A stretch of 64,000 nt of DNA from an uncultured delta proteobacterium (GCA_963840855.1 CAWJBB010000065.1:64001-128000), one strand, 5' to 3'. Shown: positions 48,895 through 58,693, numbered from the stretch's first letter. Program-made: numbers and translations. Notes: generated by a model from the letters alone, not told the origin.

Positions 48895-49015
48895 GGCGGC
48901 GTGGGGCCGTGGAACTGGCCCAAGAATAGTCTCGGGTCTAGGATTTTGGGTCTCGAGTTCCCGTGCCCAACCCTAGACCAGAGACACGAGACCCTAGACT
49001 GCGAAGAGGTATCCG

Positions 49016-49996
49016 ATGATCCATGGATGCGTTACCAGAGTTTTCGCTACCATAACGACATGCTCCCTCGTTGTCATTCTTGCAGCCCGGTTGCCGGCGC
49101 AAGAGAAGTCTGAGAACGTACGGGTCGCCATCGCGACCAACTCCTTGGCCTTTTTGGTCCCCTTTGTCGCTAAAGACCGCGGTCTATACGCCAAGCATGG
49201 CAGCGATGTCGAGCTGATTCAAATGCGCCCCAACATTGCCATGGCGGCGTTACTGGGCGGCGACATCCATTACGCCGAGCTCATCGGCTCGGTTATCCGC
49301 TCCGCCGCCAGGGGGCTGCCCGTGCGCGCCATATCGACGGGCATCAAAGCTCCGTTCTTTAGCATCATCGCGCAAAACAAATACAAAAACATAAAAGAGC
49401 TTAAAGGCGCGACCATCGGTCTGACGTCGATCGGCGGAACCAATCACATCAGCATGCGCATGACTCTGCGGCATTACGGTTTTGACCCCGACAAGGAGGT
49501 GAAATTCCTGGCTATCGGCGATGAAAAGCTGGTCTACGACGCATTCAAGTTCGGGCGCATCGACGCCGTCGTTCTCGCGCCGCCGTTTTCCTTGCAACTG
49601 AAACGTGAAGGTTATTCGATGCTAGCGAATACGGCGGACTACGTCGTCATACCGTTTTCCGGTCTTGGCACGACTATCGAGAGGATCAAGAGCAACCGCG
49701 GGCAAGTCAAAAGACTCTTGAAGGCCGAGATCGAAGCGCTGACATTTATTCATGCCAACGCGGCAGGCACGACGGAAGTCATCCGCAAACGTTTTAATAT
49801 GGACGAAAGACTCGCCCGCGAGTCCTATGACGCCGTCGTCAACGCCTTCAGCCGCGACGGCCGAGTGCCGCTGGACGGCGTCGACATCTTGCTGCAAATC
49901 GAAAAGGACGCCAAGCAAATTCCCGCAACCGTCACGCCGCAAATGGTCGTGGAGCCGTCGCTGGTGGAAGAGGCTCTGAAAGAGTTGGGGAAATAG
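49016..49996 (+). CDS. NitT/TauT (SsuA/THI5-like) substrate-binding protein
   Basis: Signal peptide; AKDRGLY, IKELKGATIG. Confidence 0.85.
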   Translation: MIHGCVTRVFATITTCSLVVILAARLPAQEKSENVRVAIATNSLAFLVPFVAKDRGLYAKHGSDVELIQMRPNIAMAALLGGDIHYAELIGSVIRSAARGLPVRAISTGIKAPFFSIIAQNKYKNIKELKGATIGLTSIGGTNHISMRMTLRHYGFDPDKEVKFLAIGDEKLVYDAFKFGRIDAVVLAPPFSLQLKREGYSMLANTADYVVIPFSGLGTTIERIKSNRGQVKRLLKAEIEALTFIHANAAGTTEVIRKRFNMDERLARESYDAVVNAFSRDGRVPLDGVDILLQIEKDAKQIPATVTPQMVVEPSLVEEALKELGK

Positions 49997-50018
49997 TTTC
50001 AGCTTCGCGGCGCCATTC

Positions 50019-50624
50019 TCACGGGCCGGCGATCCTCGGCAATAAATCGCCGATTGTCGACCAGTGATCGCAACGCGCGATTTTCGGGTGCTCCAGGGCT
50101 CCCTGATTCCACGGGCGGTCCAACAACGCGACGAGGAGCTTCATTTCCGTCGCCAGGAATTTTGCCATCGGCAAAGAGTCTTCCACCGCCCAGCAAAATT
50201 GTTGTGTCGCAAGCTCAGTCAGAGACAGGCCGACGGTGTTTTCAGTCTGGAACCGGCCGTATTTATCAACCACTGTGAAGCTGTGGTAGGGAACCTTGAA
50301 GCGCGCCAGCCACTCGATTGACGCAGCAATCGTGTCGGGCGGACGTCCGGTGACGATGGCGATTTCAAAGCCCGCGCCAACCCATCCATTGAGCACATCG
50401 ATGGCCTCCGGAATCGGCTCGATGCTGAGGATTTCGTCATCAAAATGGACGATCTCGTAAAGCTTGGTCCGCTCGCCCGGCGTCAAATTGCAACTACGTT
50501 CAAAATCGAAATCCGTCAGCGCGTCATAAGCGATTTTCTTGCCGAATTCCCGTTCAATAACCACCAGAAACCGCCGGGCCGTCTCGCACAGCACGTCGTC
50601 CATATCTACGTAGATGGTTTTCAC
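50019..50624 (-). CDS. HAD-family 5'(3')-nucleotidase-like protein (NT5C)
   Basis: IYVDMDDVL, IVTGR, VED, DRPWN. Confidence 0.85.
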   Translation of the reverse strand: MKTIYVDMDDVLCETARRFLVVIEREFGKKIAYDALTDFDFERSCNLTPGERTKLYEIVHFDDEILSIEPIPEAIDVLNGWVGAGFEIAIVTGRPPDTIAASIEWLARFKVPYHSFTVVDKYGRFQTENTVGLSLTELATQQFCWAVEDSLPMAKFLATEMKLLVALLDRPWNQGALEHPKIARCDHWSTIGDLLPRIAGP

Positions 50625-52219
50625 GACTTGATTTTTACCGCAACCCGTTGCCCGGCGCGCTTCTCGCCGGTTTGGTAGTGATCCCCTCTCAATGCCGCCT
50701 GGGCATCTTCTTCGTCCTCGTCCGACCAGAGGCCCAGATTATAACCATGCCACGGTTCCTGCGGATTGAGCTTCGGCAGTTCGAGCCGCTCCCAAAGCTG
50801 CTTGGCGCGCTCCATGTATTCCTTCTTCGGCAAAGACACCGGCGGGTAATCCCATTTGCGGGTCGCGTCGATCAGCATCGCCGAAGCGCCGGCGCTCTCG
50901 TCTAAAGAATGACCAGTCTCCTGCCCCGGCGGAAACACCGACGGGTCCATCTGCGGCGTGCGGTTGCGAATGATTAACACGTCCCGATGCGGCTGCATGC
51001 GGAATGCCATGGCCCAGAAAAGCGAGTCCAGGTTGCGCGGATTGATGTCATCGTCGACTGCGATAACCATTTTCCCCGTCGCCGGATTATAGCCGACCAT
51101 GCTGTGCAGCGCCTGCCAGACATGCGCCTGGTTGATTTTTTTCATCTTGATGACGCATATCTGCCGCACCGCGATGCTGTGAAAAGCGACTTCGACGATG
51201 CCGGGAATGTTGCATTGGTCGCGCAAGAAGCGCAGATAATTGCCCTCCGCGGCCACCTGGCGCATGACGCTCGACTCGCTCGGCGGCATCTGGCTGATGA
51301 TCGTGGCAAGGATCGGATTTTTGCGGTGCGTGATGCACTTCACTTCGAAATAAGGATTCAGCAATTTCTCGGCGATATATCCGGTGGACTCGCCGAAGGG
51401 CGCTTCCGGTTCTAAAAACTCCGTCGAGATTTCACCTTCGATCACGATCTCCGCATTGGCCGGCACCAAGACGTCGTTGGTCTTGCACCGCACCACTTCG
51501 ATGGGCGCGCCCGCGAGGCCGCCGGCAACGTCGAGCTCACTCACGCTGAAAGGAATTCGCGATGGCGCGGTATAGGCCACACAGGGCGGCGCGCCCATCA
51601 CCAGCGCCGCCTGCAATGGAATGCCCCGCTCTTTGCACTTGCGCCAATGATAGCCGCCGTGATTGCTCGAACTTAGAAACACGCCTGTTCGGGTCGGGCT
51701 TTTGATATGGCCGCGATAGTTGCCGACGTTGATGATGCCGGTCTCCGGATCTCGGGTGAACCAGTGCGACGCCGTGGTAAACGGGCCGCAGTCGTAACCC
51801 GGCGTGGAGATCGGGACGGGAAACTCGCCCAGGCCGCCTTTTTCCAGCAGCGACGCGCCCGTATAGACGACTTCGTGCACCGGCGCGTTCTCGACGATCT
51901 TCGGCGGGATCGGATTGCTCTGCGCCTTGTTCCAGCGCTCGACGATTTCTTCCGGTTGGCACTGCAAGCCGAAACCGTAAATTCGCCGCGACGCCGCAAG
52001 CGTGCCGACGACAACCGGAATATCGTATTTGCGCCCCTTGGCATCGACGACATTGGTAAACATGAACGCGCGCCGTTGTTCTTCCGACAAACCGCGAAAC
52101 TGCCAACGCACCAGCGGCATCAGCTCCGTGTCCTTGTTGATCTGCTCATCGATTTTGATCAGCAGCCCGGCCTTGTCCAGTGCGGCGATATGTTCTCGAA
52201 GATCTTTGAAATAACCCAT
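50621..52219 (-). CDS. UbiD-family decarboxylase
   Basis: NVGNYR, AEIVIEG, EAPFGESTGY, PPSES, VDDDI, IDAT. Confidence 0.92.
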   Translation of the reverse strand: MGYFKDLREHIAALDKAGLLIKIDEQINKDTELMPLVRWQFRGLSEEQRRAFMFTNVVDAKGRKYDIPVVVGTLAASRRIYGFGLQCQPEEIVERWNKAQSNPIPPKIVENAPVHEVVYTGASLLEKGGLGEFPVPISTPGYDCGPFTTASHWFTRDPETGIINVGNYRGHIKSPTRTGVFLSSSNHGGYHWRKCKERGIPLQAALVMGAPPCVAYTAPSRIPFSVSELDVAGGLAGAPIEVVRCKTNDVLVPANAEIVIEGEISTEFLEPEAPFGESTGYIAEKLLNPYFEVKCITHRKNPILATIISQMPPSESSVMRQVAAEGNYLRFLRDQCNIPGIVEVAFHSIAVRQICVIKMKKINQAHVWQALHSMVGYNPATGKMVIAVDDDINPRNLDSLFWAMAFRMQPHRDVLIIRNRTPQMDPSVFPPGQETGHSLDESAGASAMLIDATRKWDYPPVSLPKKEYMERAKQLWERLELPKLNPQEPWHGYNLGLWSDEDEEDAQAALRGDHYQTGEKRAGQRVAVKIKS

Positions 52220-52254
52220 TGGCAAAACTCCTTGATCGTATCTTCGATCCCGGT

Positions 52255-52392
52255 CCCGGATTACGTTTTCACTCCATCCGGGCTACATGAAAAATCCAAA
52301 CCTGTAAGCATTCGCAGCCCGGATGCAGCGCAGCGGAATCCAGGGTCCATCCTTGGCATCCGTAACCGGATTCAACGAAGTGCAATCCGGGA
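52255..52392. repeat. REP cluster on one side of the RAYT (3 copies)
   Basis: GTAGCCCGGATG...ATCCGGG family at 52255-52286, 52314-52345, 52362-52392. Confidence 0.85.
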
Positions 52393-52400
52393 CTCCGGCA

Positions 52401-52928
52401 TCACTCACCGGTCGACCCATCGAGTAAATTCGGATCGCCTGCCCAATCCGCAGTCAACCACCCCAATCTCACAAACCGATGGAATGATGAATACGGCCAG
52501 TCGCATACTCGTGTAACGAAACCGTGCTTGACTGGGTTGTAGTGAATGTAATCCATATGTGCCTGAAAATCTTGTTCATCGCGCACGGTATGTTCCCAAA
52601 ACCGTCGCTGCCACACGTTGTACTCCCCCTTAGCATTACGCTTGACGGATCTATTTTCATCAGCCAGCGCTCTGGAGAAAGTTCCTTTGATCAAACGCCA
52701 GCGGTGTGAGTAATCCACGTCGCCGGGCGGCAGAGTCCAAATGCAATGCATGTGGTCTGGCAGGACGACGACGGCATCGATCTTAAACGGCCGCTTGCGC
52801 CGCGCCAGCCGAAAGGCTTGGCGAAGTAAATTTACGTAACAGACGAGCCAGTCGCTCCTACGGTCCGCGAGCGTAACCGTGAAAAAATAGGTTCCTCCAG
52901 GCACCAGGTTGCGGCGATAGAGGACCAT
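52401..52928 (-). CDS. rayT: REP-associated tyrosine transposase (RAYT, HUH Y1)
   Basis: GGTYFFTV, LPDHMH, WQRRFWEH, YIHYNPVKHG, DWPYSS. Confidence 0.93.
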   Translation of the reverse strand: MVLYRRNLVPGGTYFFTVTLADRRSDWLVCYVNLLRQAFRLARRKRPFKIDAVVVLPDHMHCIWTLPPGDVDYSHRWRLIKGTFSRALADENRSVKRNAKGEYNVWQRRFWEHTVRDEQDFQAHMDYIHYNPVKHGFVTRVCDWPYSSFHRFVRLGWLTADWAGDPNLLDGSTGE

Positions 52929-52974
52929 GAGGGAATGTTACGCCGAAGCGTGCCGGGTTGTCCAATATCGAGGT

Positions 52975-53155
52975 CCCGGATTGCGTTTCACTTCATCCGG
53001 GCTACATGGAAATTCACGGATGGAACATGAGTGGAACGGAAACCTCCCCGTAGCCCGGATGCAGCGTAGCGGAATCCGGGTTCATGTTTTCGCAAATTCC
53101 GCGACCGTTTTGGCATTCGGACTCTCCGGATCACGTTAGAGTCCATCCGGGCTTC
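52975..53155. repeat. REP cluster on the other side of the RAYT (3 copies)
   Basis: 52975-53005, 53050-53080, 53125-53155. Confidence 0.85.
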
Positions 53156-53405
53156 AAATCCGAAACCCCCTCCAATCTCACCCCCCCCCCCCCCTCCCCC
53201 CTACGAGCTGGATCGGACGTCGATAGAAACCCTATCCGAGGGACTTTCTTCGGCTGCTGCGCCTGAGCCGTCGTGCAACATTAAGCAATCCGCTGCAATC
53301 AAGATTAAAGCACCAACAGCAAACCGCAAATATATTTTCGTCTTTCTTCATTTTCGCCGCCTTCAAGCCTCGCTCCTTACTCTTCACCCCTTACCGAATG
53401 ATCCT

Positions 53406-54389
53406 TTAGTTGGGCACCCAGGCCAAGGCGCCTCTAATCTCAGTGAACTCCCGCGGGAGTTTGACCCACCACTCGCCGCCGTCCGAGCTGGCGAACAGTT
53501 GGCCGTAGTGGCTGCATGCGAGGATAAGGTTGGGATCTGCGGGATGGGTCGCGAAGCACTCCATATGTGTATTTGGCGTGATCGGCAGGAGCGGCGTGTC
53601 CCAGCTATGGCCGCCGTCAGTGGAGCGCTGTAGGGCGCCGAGGCCGCCCAGCGCGTCATCGCCGATGGCCGCCAGGATCACGTTCGGCTCGTCTAGTTTG
53701 AAGACTACGTTGCGGCAATACGGCAAGGGAAAGCGTCCGCGCACCCCGATAGCCTGCCAGTTGGCACCGCCATCGGTGCTGACGCAGATCTCGTCGGGGA
53801 TAGTGACAACCGCTGCGCCCGGTTTGCCCGGTAGTATCTTGATATCGTGGATGTCAGGCTCGTCGATGAGACCGCCGGATGGACGGGTCCATGTGTCGCC
53901 GCCATCCCGGCTCACGCGCACGCCGTCGACCTCGACCCCCGCCCAGACGAAATTATGGTCCAACGGGTCGACCACCAAGGCCGTAACGCGCGGCTTCGTT
54001 ACATTCATGCACTCCGTGGCAAATTCCGCTGGCAGTTTTTCCCAGTGAAGACCGCCGTCGCGCGAGCGAAATAGCGCCGGCAGAGCCGTGCCGGCGAACA
54101 TTGTATCGGGGTCCACCGGGTCGATGGCAATGCGCCAGACGTTATACGCGTCCAGCGGCGAGTCAATGTGCTCGAAGGTCGCGCCGCGGTCTTCGCTTCG
54201 ATAGATGCCATCGTCTGCGCCCGCGTAGATGATCCGGGGATCCTGAGGATGCACCGCGAGACCAAAGACAGATCTCCCACCCTGGTATCCCTTCCATAAT
54301 TTGCTTCTAGCCCAGCTCTTACCGCCGTCGGCGCTACGCCACAGGCCCATGCCCAACGTGCCGACACAGATCGTAAAGTTCTTTGCCAT
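53406..54389 (-). CDS. BNR/Asp-box beta-propeller protein
   Basis: Repeated RS.DGG.(S/T)W boxes. Confidence 0.85.
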   Translation of the reverse strand: MAKNFTICVGTLGMGLWRSADGGKSWARSKLWKGYQGGRSVFGLAVHPQDPRIIYAGADDGIYRSEDRGATFEHIDSPLDAYNVWRIAIDPVDPDTMFAGTALPALFRSRDGGLHWEKLPAEFATECMNVTKPRVTALVVDPLDHNFVWAGVEVDGVRVSRDGGDTWTRPSGGLIDEPDIHDIKILPGKPGAAVVTIPDEICVSTDGGANWQAIGVRGRFPLPYCRNVVFKLDEPNVILAAIGDDALGGLGALQRSTDGGHSWDTPLLPITPNTHMECFATHPADPNLILACSHYGQLFASSDGGEWWVKLPREFTEIRGALAWVPN

Positions 54390-54560
54390 AGCTGTCTTAA
54401 CTCCTCCTATGAAGGATTTTTGTTCTCGCGCCAAGGCCACTGAAACGAAACCCGAAATTCGAATATCGAAAGCGGCCCCGCGGACCGAAACAAACTAACA
54501 GTCAAACAAATCCAAAATGCTGAAAAATTCCTAAACACCCGAATCCAACCTCCCAGTCCT

Positions 54561-54632
54561 GTAGCCCGGATGCAGCGCAGTGGAATCCGGGATCCTGACT
54601 TCCCGGATTACGTTTCACTCCATCCGGGCTAC
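54561..54632. repeat. REP doublet (REPIN) of the RAYT family
   Basis: GTAGCCCGGATG...CATCCGGGCTAC inverted pair. Confidence 0.85.
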
Positions 54633-54710
54633 GGCTTCCTCTATTTTTTGATCATTTAAATTCGCTTAGAGTTTCGGATTTCGATTTTCGAATTTGTAAT
54701 TTGTTTATAC

Positions 54711-57020
54711 TTAGTGTTCTTCGGCTTTCCGTATCGCCGCCCAGAGTTTGGGCGCGGTGTAAGGCATGTCGACGTGGTCGATACCGAGGGGAGCCAGCGC
54801 GTCCATGACGGCGTTGGCCACCGCCGGCGGCGCCCCGTTGCATCCGGCCTCGCCCACGCCCTTGACCCCCAACGGATTAAATGGATTCGGCGTCACCGTC
54901 TCGCCCAGTGTGAGCTGAGGCATGTCGCCGGCGCGCGGCACCGCGTAATTAATCAACGAGCCGGTGAGAACCTCGCCGTCGTCACCAAAGAGCATCTGTT
55001 CGCGCAGCGCTTCACCGAGGCCCTGAGCCACGCCGCCGTGAATCTGCCCATTGAGAATCATCGGGTTGATGACAACGCCGCAGTCATCGACCAGGACGAG
55101 TTTTTCCAGCGTCGGCGTCCCGGTTTCCCGATCGATTCTGACCACCGCCAAATGCGCGCCGAAGCCCCAGGCTTCGCGCTTCGGATCAAAAAAGGCGGTG
55201 TCTTGAAGGCCGGGTTCCACACCGCGCGGAACGTTTCCTCCGTACGCAGCGGCGGCAATCTGGCGCCAGGAAACTTTTTTGTCGGGCACTCCAGCCACCG
55301 CGAAGCCGCCATCCGTCTGAACGATGTCCTCGGCTGCCGCCTCCATCAAATGCGCGGCGATACGGCGCGCCTTTTCCATGACGCGATCAATAGCAACTGC
55401 CAAGGCCCCGCCGCCCATGATGGCGCTGCGGCTGCCAAAGGTGCCGCCGCCCTGCTGGACCACCAGCGTATCGCCGTGTCGAATCGCCACGTGATCCATG
55501 GAAACGCCCATCTTCTCTGCCGTAACCTGGGCAAACACGGTCTCATGCCCTTGCCCATGGGGGCTGGAACCGGTGAGCACCGTAATGTCTCCGCTGCGCT
55601 CCACCCGAACCGTGGCGCTCTCAAAGCCGGCGCCGCCACTCGGCTCGGCAAAAGTCGAGAGGCCCACGCCGACCAACTCGCCGCGTTTGCGCGCGTCGTC
55701 TCGGTAGCGAATAAGTTTTTCGTAGTCGGACAACCGCAGCGCCTCGGCGAGCGACTTTTCATAGTCACCCGAGTCGTATTCGACGTTTACGCCCGTGCGG
55801 TACGGGAACTGCTCGGGGCGAATAAAATTCTTGCGCCGGATTTCCAGACAGTCCATGCCCAACTCGCGCGCCGCTTTGTCGATCAACCGCTCGATATTCA
55901 GCACCGACTCCGGCCTCCCCGCGCCGCGATATGGACCGGTGGGGACGGTATTGGTAAAGACCGCCAACACCTCGACGGAGCAGTTTTGGATCTGGTAGCA
56001 GCCCGGGGCCATCGCCATCATGCGCAGCGGCGGTATCGCGGAAAGGGAGTTCAGGTAAGCGCCCAGATTCCCGATCACGCGCACTTTCAAGCCGAGCATG
56101 GTGCCATCCCGCTTGACGGCCAGCTCGGACGTCATCACCTGGTCGCGCCCTTGATTCGTGGTGACGAAATCCTCGCTGCGCGTGGAGATCCACTTGACGG
56201 GCCGGCCGAGCTTAAGCGCCAGATGACTGGCCAGCGCGTCTTCCTGGTAGAGGAGTCCTTTGCTGCCGAACCCGCCGCCGACATCGGGCGCGATGACGCG
56301 AATCCTGTGCTCAGGAAGTCCGATCGCGGTGGCAAGATCCGTGCGCACGCGGTGCGGGCTCTGAGTTGAGAGCCAAACAGTCAGATCTCCCGTCGGTTCC
56401 GGCTTCGCCACGATGCCTCGCGGCTCCATCGCCAGCGCCACCAATCTCGGGCTGGCGATACGCATCCGAACGATATGCTCGGCCTCGGCGAATGCCTTGT
56501 CGACATCGCCGCCTGATTTCCGTGTGATGTAGCACAGGTTGCTTCCAGCTCCTCGCGGGCGAGCGGCGCGCCGGGCTCCAGCGCCTTTTCGGCATTAACG
56601 ACCGCTGGCAGCGCTTCGTATTCCACAACGATGGCGCTCGCGGCATCCTGGGCGAGGGCGCGGCTTTCGGCAACCACCGCCGCCACGGGAGTGCCGGCCG
56701 CGTGGACGGCCCCGCGCGCCAGCAGCGGATGGGGCGGTATCTTCATGCCGGACACCATCGGGATAGCCGGGACATGCAACTGTTCGCTGAGGTCATCGCC
56801 GATCACCACGGCGATCACTCCGGACATCGCCTTCGCTGCGCTCGTATCGATGGAAATTATTTTCGCATGCGGGTAGGGGCTACGCTGAAGCGCCATGTGG
56901 AGCATTCCTGGTAGCTGGATGTCCTCGGTATAAGCATCCTATGCCGGTAATCAGGGGCCCGTCTTCGACGCGGCGTATCGACGCGCCGATAAGTCCAGTC
57001 GTGGTGTGCTCTGTTGTCAT
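54711..57020 (-). CDS. xanthine-dehydrogenase-family molybdopterin-binding large subunit (CoxL form-II-like), two 1-nt frameshifts
   Basis: RSPYPHAKI, GGGFGSK, PYRGAGRPE, HGQGHET, GQIHGG, KGVGE; shifts near 56933 and 56543. Confidence 0.88.
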
Positions 57021-57154
57021 GATGAAGCCTCGTGTTCAAAAAAATGCTTGTGGCTCGTGTTCGCATTCGTGACCAATGTTCGTAAACTAGCACGATCACG
57101 AATCACGAGCACGACTGTTCCCTTTCGCCTTACGCCGGGAGCCTTATATTAGGT

Positions 57155-57360
57155 CTGTTGCAGATTATCATATTGGAGATCATGTTTATGTGACACCGAT
57201 TTCAAGAGCTTGCTGGAATGAGGACCATCGGCGCCTAATCCCTCTCACGAGGATCAAGGACAGACTGTCCCGTCCAGTAAGAGAACGGATCTGAGGTTCA
57301 ATAGAAAGTTGTCCCTTTGTTGAGGACTTATATAAGGCGAACTTTCCGTTCAAAGCTATT
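57155..57360 (+). ncRNA. IS110 bridge RNA (target-binding and donor-binding loops); ends approximate
   Basis: Two stem-closed internal loops whose guide segments match the target and donor junction sequences. Confidence 0.85.
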
Positions 57361-57395
57361 GGAATTGGAAGAACACAACCAAGGAGGAAGAGAGA

Positions 57396-58622
57396 GTGAA
57401 GCGATACTATGTGGGAGTGGATTGGGCTGATGAATTTCACCAGGTATGGGTCAGCGATGCCGAGGGCAAGAAAGTAGCTGAGATGAAGGTTGAGCAGAGT
57501 CCCAAGGGCATGGGCGAGTTTGGCCGTTGGCTCCATGAACGTCAGGCAGAACAGATAGAGCTTTGGGCGGCCATCGAGAAGCCCCAGGGGCGGATTGTGG
57601 ATTTTCTGTTGGACCACGGGGTAGTGGTCTATCCGGTTAATCCCAAGGCCCTGGACCGGGTCAGGGACCGGTTTCGCATGAGCCAATCCAAGAGCGACTC
57701 CTTTGATGCTTATGTATTGGCGGACTTTGTCAGGACCGATCACGCTCATTTGCGAGCTCTTGAGCCTAACTCTGCTCAGGCCCAAGAGTTTAAGATGCTC
57801 ACCCGGGATCACCACCGATTGGGGCGCCATAAGACTCGGCTCATCAATCAGATCGTGGTAACGCTCAAAGAGTATTACCCTCGCCCCCTGGAGGTTTTCT
57901 CTGATCTGGAATCGAAGATCGCGTTGGATTTTCTCACCCAGTATCCGACTCCGCGGGCACTGTCTGATCTTACCCGTAGAAAATGGAACCGCTTTGCCAA
58001 GCGCGAGCACCATCTCGGTGAGGCGCGCTGTAAAGAGCTGTGGGAGAAGCTGAACCAGCCGCAGTTGGGAATTCCAGAACACGTGGTCAGAGCCAAGGCG
58101 CAATTGCTTTTGGTGCTCGTCGCTCAGCTTAAGGCCTTGGCTCAGGCGGTCGAGAGCTATAGCGAGGAGATCCAACGTTTTTTCGCCTCTATGCCGGCGG
58201 CTAAGCTTGCGCAGACACTGCCGGGAGGAAAAAGTGGGACCATCGTACCGATGCTTTGGGCCGAGCTGGGCGATGTCAAGAGCCGATGGAAATCCTTTAG
58301 GCACCTTCAAGCCGAAGCGGGAGGGGTCCCGGTAACCCAATCCAGCGGCAAGAGCCATGTCGTACTGTTTCGTTATGCCTGTAACAAGCTGATGCGATAC
58401 GCCTCGTACTGGTTGTCGTTTAACTCGCTCAATCGCTGTGAGTGGGCGAACAAATACTATCGCGACCAACGGGCGAAAGGACATCATCATCCCCAAGCGC
58501 TTAGGGCTTTGGCAGCGAAGTGGTTGAAAATTATTTTCATCATGTGGAGAGACGATAAGCCGTACGATGAGAACTATCACTTGGCGAACATCGCCCGTCA
58601 GACGATACGCCAGGCGGCATGA
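57396..58622 (+). CDS. IS110-family DEDD transposase/recombinase
   Basis: VGVD, AIEKP, KSDSFDA (DEDD RuvC) and Tnp20 QSSGKS serine; GTG start with AGGAGG RBS. Confidence 0.95.
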   Translation: MKRYYVGVDWADEFHQVWVSDAEGKKVAEMKVEQSPKGMGEFGRWLHERQAEQIELWAAIEKPQGRIVDFLLDHGVVVYPVNPKALDRVRDRFRMSQSKSDSFDAYVLADFVRTDHAHLRALEPNSAQAQEFKMLTRDHHRLGRHKTRLINQIVVTLKEYYPRPLEVFSDLESKIALDFLTQYPTPRALSDLTRRKWNRFAKREHHLGEARCKELWEKLNQPQLGIPEHVVRAKAQLLLVLVAQLKALAQAVESYSEEIQRFFASMPAAKLAQTLPGGKSGTIVPMLWAELGDVKSRWKSFRHLQAEAGGVPVTQSSGKSHVVLFRYACNKLMRYASYWLSFNSLNRCEWANKYYRDQRAKGHHHPQALRALAAKWLKIIFIMWRDDKPYDENYHLANIARQTIRQAA

Positions 58623-58693
58623 AAAAAAATAAACAGGGGACTTGACAAGTCTCATAGAATGTCTGTCCTGAGCAAAGTCGAAGGAGCTCACGC

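Larger units (their letters stand above)
57143..58664 (+). mobile_element. complete IS110-family element with CT core
   Basis: CT at 57143-57144 and 58663-58664; joining the ends gives TTGACA-17-TATATT; removing the element restores GAGCCTGTCCTGAGCAAAGTCGAAGG. Confidence 0.9.

Noticed and set aside
53181-53201. Long C homopolymer as a phase-variation tract
   Set aside because: Intergenic, downstream of the beta-propeller gene and about 250 bp upstream of rayT with no promoter link seen; length unreliable in this assembly
54711-57020. Aerobic CO dehydrogenase (form I CoxL)
   Set aside because: Lacks AYxCSFR and adjacent coxM/coxS
57186-58691. 501-aa minus-strand ORF spanning the IS110
   Set aside because: Antisense to the transposase and bridge RNA, starts outside the element, no recognisable domain
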